From positions 19,806-83,805 of the forward strand of contig JALHMM010000016.1 of the NCBI GenBank assembly GCA_022844045.1: a stretch of DNA of 64,000 nt. Direction: 5' to 3'. Position numbers and translations under genes: made by a program. Below, piece by piece: positions 34,268-43,366 of the stretch (positions are counted from its first letter, which is position 1; each line of letters begins with the position of its first letter). Below the pieces are notes generated by a model. It was not told the origin of the DNA. It was given only the letters and a program-made list of their open reading frames with translations, and did no database searches. This stretch comes from Reyranellaceae bacterium. GTDB lineage: Bacteria; Pseudomonadota; Alphaproteobacteria; Reyranellales; Reyranellaceae.

Positions 34268-35098
34268 CTACCAGGCGAAGCGGTAGGTGACCGCCGAGCC
34301 GATGGTGAACTGATCGCGGCGCCCGGCCGGGCCGCTGACGATCGGCGAGTCGCCGGCCGGCCCCACCAGTCGGCCATAGCTGAGGATCGCGACCGTGGTG
34401 ATGCTGTCGGTGACGTTCCACAGGGCGCTGGCGCTCGCGCCGACGCTGCGCACGCCGAAGCCGGGCTCGTAGCGGGCGTAGCCCGATCGCGCCGATTGCG
34501 CCTGGTCGACGCCGAAGAAGGCGCGATTGTAGCCGCCATCGGCGATGGAGAGCCGCGGCCCGGCCGAGAAGCCCACCGGTCCCAGGCGCGCGCGCGCGTC
34601 GGCGCCGATATCGACGAGCCAGCCGTTGTGGCCGCCCAGGCCACGCCTGACCTCGACCCGCGCTTCGGCATGCCGACCGAGATCGTACTTGGCGAACGCG
34701 CCGCCCTCGATGGTGAGCGGCACGCCGCCGAGGCCGTTCAGGCCGGCGCTCGCCGATTCGCCGCGGCCGCCGTTCAGGCGCAGGATCGGACCCGCCCTGA
34801 AGCCGTCGAGAGTCAGCAAGGTCGCGCCGACGCCTTCGCGCACCGAGACAAAGAACAGGTCCTGCTTGTAGCGCAGGTCGACAACCGGGATCGGCAGGAC
34901 GCGCCGCTCGCGGGCGCCTTCGAACGTCGGCGTCCACAGCACGCCGGGGCCCAGATGTATCGCCCAGGTCGTGCTCGGGGCCGTCTCCGGCGGGACGGAC
35001 GGCAGAACGGGGTCGGCCACCGCCGCGCCGCCGAGGGCCAGCGACAAGGCGACCATGACTCCGCCCCAAGCCTGAATCGCCAACCGTACGATCACCAC
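34268..35098 (-). CDS. MipA/OmpV family outer-membrane protein
   Basis: Signal-like VIVRLAIQAWGGVMVALSLALGGAAVA with a C-terminal YRF-A-W beta-barrel end. Start is ambiguous (GTG 35098 or 35095, or ATG 35056). Confidence 0.75.
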   Translation of the reverse strand: MVIVRLAIQAWGGVMVALSLALGGAAVADPVLPSVPPETAPSTTWAIHLGPGVLWTPTFEGARERRVLPIPVVDLRYKQDLFFVSVREGVGATLLTLDGFRAGPILRLNGGRGESASAGLNGLGGVPLTIEGGAFAKYDLGRHAEARVEVRRGLGGHNGWLVDIGADARARLGPVGFSAGPRLSIADGGYNRAFFGVDQAQSARSGYARYEPGFGVRSVGASASALWNVTDSITTVAILSYGRLVGPAGDSPIVSGPAGRRDQFTIGSAVTYRFAW

Positions 35099-35413
35099 TT
35101 CCCCCAACGCTCCTGGAGCGGCGTTTTGCCCAACCACCCGGGATACCCACATAATAGCATGGCGCGGGATAATTGTACGGCATAAGCGATAATTTAGTTG
35201 AGAAAAATTATGCAAGCCGTTGATAGAACGTAACTCTCAACGCCCGAATACAGGCCCGACTCTGCGCGATGGCGTCAGGACGACGCTATTGCGTTGTTTC
35301 CGGCATCGGACGTCCGCGCAGAGGGCTCTCCGCGATGTATACAGAATTTATCCATGTATACCGTTGTATGCCCAATCGTTGATATACTCCCCTTACAATG
35401 ATAGAAATCCCCC

Positions 35414-36607
35414 ATGGATCCCGTCAGGAACCCCTTCGCACCGGGCGCGGGGACCCAGCCGCCTGCACTGGCGGGTCGCGACCACATCATCGACGCCGCG
35501 TCCATCGCCCTTCAGCGGGTCATCCAAGGGCGGCACGACAAGTCGCAAATCCTCCTGGGATTGCGCGGAACCGGCAAGACCGTCCTGCTCAACAAGATCG
35601 AAGAGCTGGCGACGAATTTCCACCACGTCACGTCGTTCATCGAAGCGCCGGAGGGCCGCTCGCTCGTCGCCCTCCTGTACCCCAAGGTCTTCCAGGCGCT
35701 GCGTCGGCTCTCCCTCGTGGAGAGCGCCAAGGCCAACGCCCATGGCGCGATGCGCGCGCTACGGAGCATCGCGAGCGCCTTCAAGATCAAAGTGGGCGAT
35801 GTCTCGATCTCGGTCGATCCCGAACCCGGCGTGGCCGACAGCGGCAATCTGGAATTCGATCTGGTGGACCTTTTCATCAGGATCGGCGAGGCCGCGCGCG
35901 CGGCGCGCTCCGCCTGGACCTTGCTGATCGATGAAGTGCAGTACCTCTCCGACAGCGAGCTGTCGGCCGTCATCGTCGCGCTTCATCGCTGCAATCAGAA
36001 GACGCTGCCTGTTCTGTTCTTCGGCGCCGGTCTTCCGCAGATCGCCGCCCTCTCGGGCGACGCCAAGTCATACGCCGAGCGCCTGTTCGACTTCCTGCCT
36101 GTCGGCGCGCTGGAGGCCGACGCGGCCAAGGCCGCGATTCGCCAGCCGATAGAGAAGGAAGAGGAGAAGATCGCGGACAATGCGCTCGACCTGATCCTGA
36201 AGCAGACCCGGGGCTATCCGTACTTCCTCCAGGAATGGGGCTACCAGGCGTGGAACACCGCCGAGCGGTCTCCCATCAAGGTCCGGGATGTCGAGCGAGC
36301 GTCGACGCTCGCGCTGCAACGGTTGGATGACGGGTTTTTCAAGGTGCGGCTCGATCGGCTGACGCCGAAGGAGCGCGAATACGTGATGGCGATGGCGCGC
36401 CTGGGCGCCGGTCCGTACCGCTCGGCCGACGTCGCCGATGCGCTTGGTGAATCGATCCAATCGCTCGGGCCGCGCCGATCGAAGATCATCTCCAAGGGCA
36501 TGATCTACAGCCCGGCGCATGGCGATATCGATTTCACCGTGCCGATGTTCGACGACTTCCTGCGCCGCACGGGCGGCGAACCGAAGCCGCCCGCGCGGGC
36601 TTCGTGA
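35414..36607 (+). CDS. AAA-type ATP-binding protein (Arch_ATPase/ORC-like) with C-terminal winged-helix-like region
   Basis: Walker A is GLRGTGKT and Walker B is LLIDEVQ. An AT-rich upstream region carries tgtatac-type repeats. Confidence 0.75.
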   Translation: MDPVRNPFAPGAGTQPPALAGRDHIIDAASIALQRVIQGRHDKSQILLGLRGTGKTVLLNKIEELATNFHHVTSFIEAPEGRSLVALLYPKVFQALRRLSLVESAKANAHGAMRALRSIASAFKIKVGDVSISVDPEPGVADSGNLEFDLVDLFIRIGEAARAARSAWTLLIDEVQYLSDSELSAVIVALHRCNQKTLPVLFFGAGLPQIAALSGDAKSYAERLFDFLPVGALEADAAKAAIRQPIEKEEEKIADNALDLILKQTRGYPYFLQEWGYQAWNTAERSPIKVRDVERASTLALQRLDDGFFKVRLDRLTPKEREYVMAMARLGAGPYRSADVADALGESIQSLGPRRSKIISKGMIYSPAHGDIDFTVPMFDDFLRRTGGEPKPPARAS

Positions 36608-36885
36608 TCATCGTTGTAATGGTGGCAGTAGCAGTGAAGGCGACACATCACCAGAGAAGATGGCGATCGTGGACACCATCTGCGGATCGGATGATCCCAG
36701 ACCGGCGATCTTCACCGCCTCGAATGCTTACCCGTTAAGATTTTTCGAGAAAAGGACTATCTATTACGAGCGCTCCAGACAGGAGCAACGAGATAGACGA
36801 GTGAGCCGGCTCATCCGACAGGCCGCGTTATGCGGTGCGCTTCGGCGCTCGGGGTGGGCCGGCTCCATTCTTTTGGGGGAGGACG

Positions 36886-37509
36886 GTGGCACAACCACTG
36901 TACGCCATCATGTTGGATGGCGGCTTCCTGACTAAGAAACTCTATGAACGACTGAGCCGGCATCCAACCGCCGATGACATTGTCGCGGAGTGCGACACGC
37001 GGATGAAGCTGCCGCAAGTCGCCGGCTATGAGCTGCTTCGCATCTACTACTACGACGCTCACCCTTCCACGGATCGGGTGAAGCGACCTGTTTCCCGCTC
37101 CGACCTCCAGCTTGGGGCGACCCCTCGCTATCGCCAGTCGCAAAGCCTCTTCGATCAACTCGATCTCAGGCCGCATTTCGCCCTTCGAATGGGACAGGTG
37201 ACCTTGTCGCCGACCAAATGGCGAATTCGACCGAGGGTGATGAAGGACCTGCTGAAAGCGCCTCGCGCCCTGACCGATGCCGACTTCGATCTCGACATGT
37301 CTCAGAAGGGCGTCGACATGCACGTGGGCATGGATATGGCCCGGCTTGCCCTGAAGGAACTCGCACGCACGGTCATTGTCGTGACCGGGGACTCGGACTT
37401 CGTGCCCGCGTTCAAGTTCGTACGCCGCGAGGGCGTAAAGGTGATCCTGGCGACGCTGGGTCACAACGTCCGGACTGAACTTCGCCAGCACGCCGACATC
37501 GTCATCTAG
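36886..37509 (+). CDS. NYN domain (LabA/DUF88-like, PIN-fold) putative ribonuclease
   Basis: Carries AIMLDGGF, QKGVDMHVGMDM and VIVVTGDSDFVPAFKF. Start is the GTG at 36886 after GGAGGA, or the ATG at 36910. Confidence 0.75.
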   Translation: MAQPLYAIMLDGGFLTKKLYERLSRHPTADDIVAECDTRMKLPQVAGYELLRIYYYDAHPSTDRVKRPVSRSDLQLGATPRYRQSQSLFDQLDLRPHFALRMGQVTLSPTKWRIRPRVMKDLLKAPRALTDADFDLDMSQKGVDMHVGMDMARLALKELARTVIVVTGDSDFVPAFKFVRREGVKVILATLGHNVRTELRQHADIVI

Positions 37510-37539
37510 CAAGCGACCAAAGTCGTCGCGCGAAGCCCC

Positions 37540-38415
37540 CTACTCCGCCGCCCGCTTCGGCGCCTCGCGGAACTGCGTGCGATACCGGTCCCACTCCGCC
37601 GCGCCGTTGAGGTTGAAGCCCTGCTGCGGCGTGATGTCGGATGACGGTACGGGATGGCGGCCTTTGGCGCGCAGCTCGGCCAGCGCCGCGTCGCAGGCGC
37701 CGACCACGGTGCGGGTGAGCACGCCGGGCAGGATCATCACGGCGTAGTTCATGCCGGTCGCCTCGTCGATCGACAGGTCAGGCGTCTTGCCGCGCCACAC
37801 CATGTTGAGCAGGCACGGGCCCTTGACCAGCTTCGGGACATTGGCCGTTTCCTCGAGCGTCTGCGGCGCCTCGACGAAGGCCATGTCGGCGCCGGCCTCG
37901 ATCGCGGCGTTGGCCCTGCGGATCGCCTCCTCGTAGCCCAGCACGGCGCGCGAGTCGGTGCGGGCGATGATCAGGAAGTTGGGATCGACCTTGGCGCTGA
38001 CCGCGGCGCGGATCTTGGCGACGTAGTCGTCGAGCGCGATGATCACCTTGTTCTCGAGGTGGCCGCACTTCTTGGGGAAGTCCTGGTCCTCGATATGGAT
38101 GCCGGCCACGCCGCGCTTCTCGTACTCGCGCACGGTGCGGATGGCGTTGAGCTCGTTGCCGTAGCCGGTGTCGGCGTCGGCGATCACCGGAAGACTGACC
38201 GCCGAGGCGATGCGGCCCGCGTTGTCGGCCATCTCCGACATCGTCACCAGGCCGTAGTCGGGATAGCCGAGCGTGGCTGCGGTGCCGGCGCCGGTCATGT
38301 AGAGCGCCTCGAAGCCGGCGCGCTCGATCGAGCGCGCGGTGATGCAATCGAAGCACCCCGGCGCCGTCACCATCCCGCGCTTCATCGCCTCGCGGAAGAG
38401 CTTGCCTTTGGACAT
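37540..38415 (-). CDS. isocitrate lyase/PEP mutase family protein (methylisocitrate lyase / carboxyvinyl-carboxyphosphonate phosphorylmutase-like)
   Basis: Full ORF. Carries DADTGYG, IEDQDFPKKCGH and IIARTD. Confidence 0.85.
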   Translation of the reverse strand: MSKGKLFREAMKRGMVTAPGCFDCITARSIERAGFEALYMTGAGTAATLGYPDYGLVTMSEMADNAGRIASAVSLPVIADADTGYGNELNAIRTVREYEKRGVAGIHIEDQDFPKKCGHLENKVIIALDDYVAKIRAAVSAKVDPNFLIIARTDSRAVLGYEEAIRRANAAIEAGADMAFVEAPQTLEETANVPKLVKGPCLLNMVWRGKTPDLSIDEATGMNYAVMILPGVLTRTVVGACDAALAELRAKGRHPVPSSDITPQQGFNLNGAAEWDRYRTQFREAPKRAAE

Positions 38416-38435
38416 GGTCGGTCTCCTTTCAATCT

Positions 38436-38559
38436 TACCTTCCCCCGGAGGGGGAAGGTGCCCGAAGGGCGGATGGGGGATGTTTCAACGCACTCGGAGT
38501 CCGTCTTCGACATCCCCCGTCCGTCGCTGCGCGCCACCTTCCCCCTCCGGGGGAAGGTA
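38436..38559. repeat. 124-bp nested palindromic element (family 1)
   Basis: Same termini and core as 6198..6321. Confidence 0.85.
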
Positions 38560-38561
38560 GT

Positions 38562-39635
38562 TCAGAACGTCATCCCCATCGCGTTCGCCTGGCGCGTATC
38601 GAAGGCGCGGCGGGTGGTGTCGTAGTGGTGGCCCTTCATGCCGCCGCGCACGGTGTTGGGCTCGGCGGTGCCGAAGAAGACGGCCCAGCTTTTGGGCAGC
38701 GGCCGCGCGCCGGGAGGTGCCAGCCACAGCCGATAGAGCGTGCGCTTCTTCGCCTCTTCGGGGTGATCCTCGAAGCTGGTGCGGGAATGCAGCATGGACT
38801 GGTTGCACAGGATCTGGAGATCGCCGGGCTCGAGATACATCGTGAACATGTTGTCGGGCCGCCGCAGCACCGCATCGAAATACTCCATCGCGTCGCGCTG
38901 CATTTCAGTCAGCACGGCCACACCGGGGAGCTTCTGCGCGTTCTCGATGCGGTTGCGATTCCAGCGGCAGAAGACGCGGCCGTCGTGCGGCGTGCAGATC
39001 GGCACCGCGTACCACGGCGCCTGATCCTCGGCCTGCTCGCCGTTGCGGCTGAACGCGTAGTCCGACGTCAGCGTGCGCGCGTAATCCGGCCGCTCCACCG
39101 CCACGATATCGAAGGCGGTGGCGGCGCTGGCGCACATCGTCATGCCGCCCACGGGCGCCTGGTTGTAGCAGGACAGCAGCACGACATCGGCGCTGTCGCT
39201 GTGGAAGTCGAGCTCGGCTTTGGAGTTGTAGCCGCGACCGCTCGGGCCGCGATAGGCGCTGCCGACGTCCTTGACCTCGGTGATGTAGTCGCTGGCGCGG
39301 TTCTGCGGTCGCGCGACGCCGAAGTGCAGGCCGATCGCCCAGGTCATCAACTTGAACTGCGAGGGCGTCACACCGACACGCGGCAGATTCTTGACCAGCG
39401 CCATGCCGCGACCATCGCGCACTTCGGCAAACGCGCGCGCGAGCGTCGGCAACGCCGCGTCGAGCGCGAAGTCCTCGCGCCGCCAGTCGAGCAGCGGCCG
39501 ACCATCCGGATCCCCCACCGCCCGCACCGCCGCCAACAGCGCCGCGCTCTCGGCGGCGGAGAGTCGGTAAACCCAGCTTCTGTCGGCCTCGACATCGCCG
39601 ACGGTCCACGCGGCGGCGGCGGACGCTGTCGTCAT
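38562..39635 (-). CDS. TauD/TfdA (clavaminate synthase-like) family dioxygenase
   Basis: Start at MTTASAAAAW. LDFHSDSAD supplies the H-x-D ligands, and MLHSR lies near the C-terminus. Confidence 0.8.
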   Translation of the reverse strand: MTTASAAAAWTVGDVEADRSWVYRLSAAESAALLAAVRAVGDPDGRPLLDWRREDFALDAALPTLARAFAEVRDGRGMALVKNLPRVGVTPSQFKLMTWAIGLHFGVARPQNRASDYITEVKDVGSAYRGPSGRGYNSKAELDFHSDSADVVLLSCYNQAPVGGMTMCASAATAFDIVAVERPDYARTLTSDYAFSRNGEQAEDQAPWYAVPICTPHDGRVFCRWNRNRIENAQKLPGVAVLTEMQRDAMEYFDAVLRRPDNMFTMYLEPGDLQILCNQSMLHSRTSFEDHPEEAKKRTLYRLWLAPPGARPLPKSWAVFFGTAEPNTVRGGMKGHHYDTTRRAFDTRQANAMGMTF

Positions 39636-39644
39636 GACACACCT

Positions 39645-39670
39645 CCCTTCCCCCGGAGGGGGAAGGTAAG
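39645..39670. repeat. solo terminal hairpin of family 1
   Basis: cccttcccccggagggggaaggtaag. Overlaps the ribosome-binding region of the gene starting at 39635. Confidence 0.65.
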
Positions 39671-39690
39671 ACCGAGTCGACTCCACGTGC

Positions 39691-40656
39691 CTAATCAACT
39701 GTCAGGCCGAGCCGGCGGATAGCGACGCCCGACTCCCTGATGTCGCGCTGGAAGCGCTCGTTGAACGCCGCCGGCGTGTCGCCGCCGGGCAGCGAGCCGA
39801 GCTCGGTCAGCTTGGCGATGAACTCGGGTCGCGCCAGCACCGTGGCGATGTCGCGATGGATCGCCGCGACGACATCGGGCGGCGTGCCCGCCGGCGCGAA
39901 CAGCCCGGCCCATGAATTCTCCTCCAGCCCGGCGAAGCCCTGCTCGGCGAAAGTCGCGACGTTGGGCAGCGCCGGGATGCGCTGCTTGCCCATGATGCCC
40001 AGCGACTTCAGCTTGCCGGCGTTGATCAGCGACAGGCCCGACGTGACGCTGGCGGCGCCGGTGTCGACGCGGCCGGCCGCGATGTCCTGCACGAAGGCCG
40101 CGGCGCCCTTGTAGGGCACGTGCAGCAGCTTGATGCCGGCCTTCTCGAAGATGCGCTCGGCGATCAGCCGCGTGCCCGGCTCGGGGCTGGCGAAGGAGCG
40201 CTTCTCCGGCCCCTCCTTCTCGACCAGCGCCTTCAGCTCGCGCAGATCGTTGGCCGGCAGGCTTGGCGTGGCGAGCAGAGTGGCGACCGGATAGGACACG
40301 GCGGTGATCGGCGCGAAGGCCGTCGCGGTGTCGTAGGGCAGCTTCAGCAGATGGCCGTTGATGGCTATGCCGGATACCGCGAGCACGAGCGTGTGCCCAT
40401 CCGGCGGCGCGCGCGCGACGATCGCCGCACCAATCGAGCCGCTGCCGCCGGTACGGTTGTCGACGATGACGGTCTGGCCCCACATCGGCTCGAGCGCCTG
40501 CGCCATCAGGCGGCCGACCACATCGGTGCCGCCGCCCGGGCTGTAGGGCACGATGATGGTCACGGTCTTCGTCGGCCGGAACGCCGCCTTGTCCTGCGCG
40601 AGCGCCGGCGCGGCCAGGCAGAGCAGCGCCATCACGATTGCGATCACGAGTCTCAT
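39691..40656 (-). CDS. Bug family (TctC-like) substrate-binding protein
   Basis: Start at MRLVIAIVMALLCLAAPALA. Carries TIIVPYSPGGGTD. Confidence 0.9.
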   Translation of the reverse strand: MRLVIAIVMALLCLAAPALAQDKAAFRPTKTVTIIVPYSPGGGTDVVGRLMAQALEPMWGQTVIVDNRTGGSGSIGAAIVARAPPDGHTLVLAVSGIAINGHLLKLPYDTATAFAPITAVSYPVATLLATPSLPANDLRELKALVEKEGPEKRSFASPEPGTRLIAERIFEKAGIKLLHVPYKGAAAFVQDIAAGRVDTGAASVTSGLSLINAGKLKSLGIMGKQRIPALPNVATFAEQGFAGLEENSWAGLFAPAGTPPDVVAAIHRDIATVLARPEFIAKLTELGSLPGGDTPAAFNERFQRDIRESGVAIRRLGLTVD

Positions 40657-40719
40657 CACGCTTCCTCCTGTTCGTTGCCGCGTAGTCTTCAACGTTACCG
40701 CGCGAATATCGACCGTTAT

Positions 40720-40753
40720 TTCCTCCCTCTCCCCGCTCGCGGCGGAGAGGGAA
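40720..40753. repeat. short GC hairpin repeat (family 4)
   Basis: tcctccctctccccgctcgcggcggagagggaac. Confidence 0.55.
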
Positions 40754-40769
40754 CAAGAAGCGCTGAGCC

Positions 40770-41183
40770 TCACTCGAACCGACCCGCCTGCAGCACGCGC
40801 AGCAGATGATGGGCGCAGCCGTGCACGCCGGCGAGGAGCTGCAGGTCGGGCGAGACGATGCGCAGGTCGTAGGCGCCGCGCTTGCTGTAGTCGGTCCATC
40901 GCCACCAGTACCCGCGCACCTTCACGCGCATGCGCCGGCGCATGCCGCCGATGTGGGCCGTGCGCTGGATCTCGAGCTCGAAGCGCGCCTCGAGCAGCGC
41001 GATGGCGTCGCGTATGACGCGCATGTTGACGCCCAGCGCATGGGCCAGCACCTCGTTATCCGGGCACGGATGGCCGGCGCGCCCGGCGATCAGCTTGCGC
41101 AACCGCGCCGTGACCCGCGACGGCTCGACCACCGCCTTGCGGCCGCGCCGGCGGTTGACGAAGCGGCGCATGCGCTGTTTCAC
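40770..41183 (-). CDS. hypothetical protein, prophage-remnant module
   Basis: The GTG at 41183 overlaps the upstream stop (GTGA). Alternative ATG at 41171. Basic N-terminus and an HTH-like middle region. Confidence 0.5.
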   Translation of the reverse strand: MKQRMRRFVNRRRGRKAVVEPSRVTARLRKLIAGRAGHPCPDNEVLAHALGVNMRVIRDAIALLEARFELEIQRTAHIGGMRRRMRVKVRGYWWRWTDYSKRGAYDLRIVSPDLQLLAGVHGCAHHLLRVLQAGRFE

Positions 41184-41500
41184 GGCTGATCGCACGGGCC
41201 GAGCCCGAGCGCCTCGCGGATCTCGCCGATCTGCCGCCGCCACTCCTCGCCCGCGGGGATCGCGCCGTAGCGCTTGACCCGGTGACGGCTCAGCACGCGC
41301 ATGCGGCAGAGCTCGGTGTCGCGCGCGTTCCAGTCGATGTGGCCGATGCGCGCCAGCCGCTCGCGCGCCTCGCTCAGCATCTCTTGGCGCACCTCCTCCG
41401 GCTCGCGCTCCAGCCGTGCGCGCCGCCGCTCGGCCCAGGCCTCGAGCGCCTGGCGGTCTTCCGCGCGCCTCATCGCGCGGCGCGATGCGATGTCGTGCAT
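41180..41500 (-). CDS. hypothetical protein, prophage-remnant module
   Basis: Start at MHDIASRR, overlapping the stop of the DUF1376 gene (ATGA). Charged helical composition. Confidence 0.5.
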   Translation of the reverse strand: MHDIASRRAMRRAEDRQALEAWAERRRARLEREPEEVRQEMLSEARERLARIGHIDWNARDTELCRMRVLSRHRVKRYGAIPAGEEWRRQIGEIREALGLGPCDQP

Positions 41501-42315
41501 CACGCCGCCTCGCGTTCGTCGGCGAACCATCCCAGGCGATGCTTGCGGCTGATATTCTCCAGCTCGCGCGCCGCCTCGATGTGGCCGTCGTCGTCGGGAT
41601 CGCGCGCCGCGAACAGCAGCCCCCAGGCGCGCTCGCCGTTCATGCCGCCTTTCGTGGTCAGCCAGCGCACCATGTCGCGATCGGCGATGTCCTGCGGCTT
41701 CAGCCGCTTCGCCGCGCCCCCCTCGCGCCCCACCGCGTCGCGCATCGAGCCCAACAGGGCGAGATCGCCCGCCCGCGTCTGGCGCAAGCCGTTGGCACTG
41801 CGCCGCTCACTCGCCGGCGGCCCTGCCACCATGTGCTGGGATTCGATTCCTCTCGTTTCGTCTCCTGTCGTCTCGTCTCCTCTCCTCTCGCCCGTTCCAG
41901 GACCGTCTCCGTCCGCGTTCCGTGACCGTTCACGCCAGCGCTCCTTGCGCTTGCGATCCTTCAGCCGGCGATCCCAGGCCGACAGCGCCAGCTCGGCGAG
42001 CGCGCGATGGTAGAAGCGGCCGTCGGCGCAACGCGCGAAGCCGTGCAGCGCGCGCTCGCGCACCGCGCGCCAGCTCCGCAGATCGCGGCCCAGGCCGGCG
42101 AGGCGGCAGAGCGTCACCTCGTCGTCGGGCAGGCTGGCGGCCGGCACCTGGTTCCAGGCCGACCACCACAGGTTGAGCGCGGCGCGGAACTCGGCGTCGC
42201 TGGCATGGGCGTCGAAATCGGAGGCGAACAGCCGGTGGCCATAGAGCGGCATCCACTCCAGGCCACGCAGATCGCAATCCGGCGGGGTCAAAGGCTGGGG
42301 GAGATCGTCGGTCAT
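41500..42315 (-). CDS. DUF1376 (YdaU-like) phage-associated protein
   Basis: The N-terminal segment CDLRGLEWMPLYGHRLFASDFDAHASDAEFRAALNLWWSAW is typical of DUF1376. Confidence 0.7.
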   Translation of the reverse strand: MTDDLPQPLTPPDCDLRGLEWMPLYGHRLFASDFDAHASDAEFRAALNLWWSAWNQVPAASLPDDEVTLCRLAGLGRDLRSWRAVRERALHGFARCADGRFYHRALAELALSAWDRRLKDRKRKERWRERSRNADGDGPGTGERRGDETTGDETRGIESQHMVAGPPASERRSANGLRQTRAGDLALLGSMRDAVGREGGAAKRLKPQDIADRDMVRWLTTKGGMNGERAWGLLFAARDPDDDGHIEAARELENISRKHRLGWFADEREAA

Positions 42316-42406
42316 GGCTTATAATTTCTTATTTTACGAATTAGATCAAGCGTAATTTCGCAAAACAAGAACAGACATAGCGACGCGTTGGGGACATTCT
42401 GCCCCC

Positions 42407-43042
42407 ATGGCCCAGCCACCGCAGAAAATAAGACGCTACCGCCGCCCGCAGCCCGACGACTCCGCGCTGCGACGCCTGCGGCTCACCCGCCAGCTCTCGC
42501 TCGAGGAAGTCGGCCAGGCGTTGCACACCTCGGCCTCGGTGATCCACCGCCACGAGACGGTGCCCAACGCCGTCGACTGGAAATGGGCGATGGCCTATGC
42601 CCGGCTCTACGACGTCGATCCGGCCGACGTGATGTTCGGCGGCGAGCGGCCCAAGGTGCCGATCGTCGGCTACATCGGCGCCGGCGCGCAGATCCTGCCG
42701 ATCGACGACTTCCCCAAGGGCACCGGGCTGGACGAGGTGCCCTGCCCCAGCGGGCTCAACCCGGCGCGCACCGTGGCCGCCATCGTGCGCGGCTCATCGA
42801 TGGAGCCCGCGATCCCCGACGGCTGGCGCGTCTTCTACAGCCGCGACCCCGAGCAGGACGTCAACGGCGTCGTCGGCAAGCTCTGCGTCGTGAAGCTCGC
42901 CGAGGGCCCGACGATGCTCAAGCAGGTGCGCCGCGGGCATACGACGGGGCGCTTCAACCTGATCTCGACCAACGCCGCGTTGCTGGAGGACCAGGCGCTG
43001 GAGTGGGCGTCACCGGTGCGCCATATGCAGGCGCCGGAGTAG
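42407..43042 (+). CDS. CI/LexA-like repressor: XRE-type HTH plus S24 peptidase domain
   Basis: HTH is LRRLRLTRQLSLEEVGQALHTSASVIHRHE. S24 Ser motif GSSMEP and a downstream Lys in MLKQV. Divergent from the DUF1376 operon across a 90-bp AT-rich spacer. Confidence 0.8.
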   Translation: MAQPPQKIRRYRRPQPDDSALRRLRLTRQLSLEEVGQALHTSASVIHRHETVPNAVDWKWAMAYARLYDVDPADVMFGGERPKVPIVGYIGAGAQILPIDDFPKGTGLDEVPCPSGLNPARTVAAIVRGSSMEPAIPDGWRVFYSRDPEQDVNGVVGKLCVVKLAEGPTMLKQVRRGHTTGRFNLISTNAALLEDQALEWASPVRHMQAPE

Positions 43043-43102
43043 CCCACGTAAGGCTTGAATATCGGCGTCCTTGAGCTACATTGTAGCCCAAGGAGTAACC
43101 CC

Positions 43103-43366
43103 ATGGCCGAGAACGCAGTTGTCCGTGCCCGCATCGACGAGCGGGTGAAGAACGAGGCTGCCGCCGTGCTGGCGGCGATGGGCCTCACCGTGTCCGACGC
43201 CTTCCGGCTGATGATGGTGAAGATCGCCGCCGAGAAGGCCCTGCCCTTCGAGCCGCTGATGCCGAATGCCGAGACCATCGCGGCGATGAAGGCGGCGCGT
43301 CGCGGCGAACTGGTAACGGCCGGCTCGCCGGACAAGCTGATCGCGAGCCTGAATGAGGACGATTAG
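43103..43366 (+). CDS. DinJ/RelB family antitoxin
   Basis: aggag RBS. Carries VRARIDERVKNEAAAVLAAMGLTVSDAFRLMM. Overlaps the downstream toxin gene. Confidence 0.85.
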   Translation: MAENAVVRARIDERVKNEAAAVLAAMGLTVSDAFRLMMVKIAAEKALPFEPLMPNAETIAAMKAARRGELVTAGSPDKLIASLNEDD

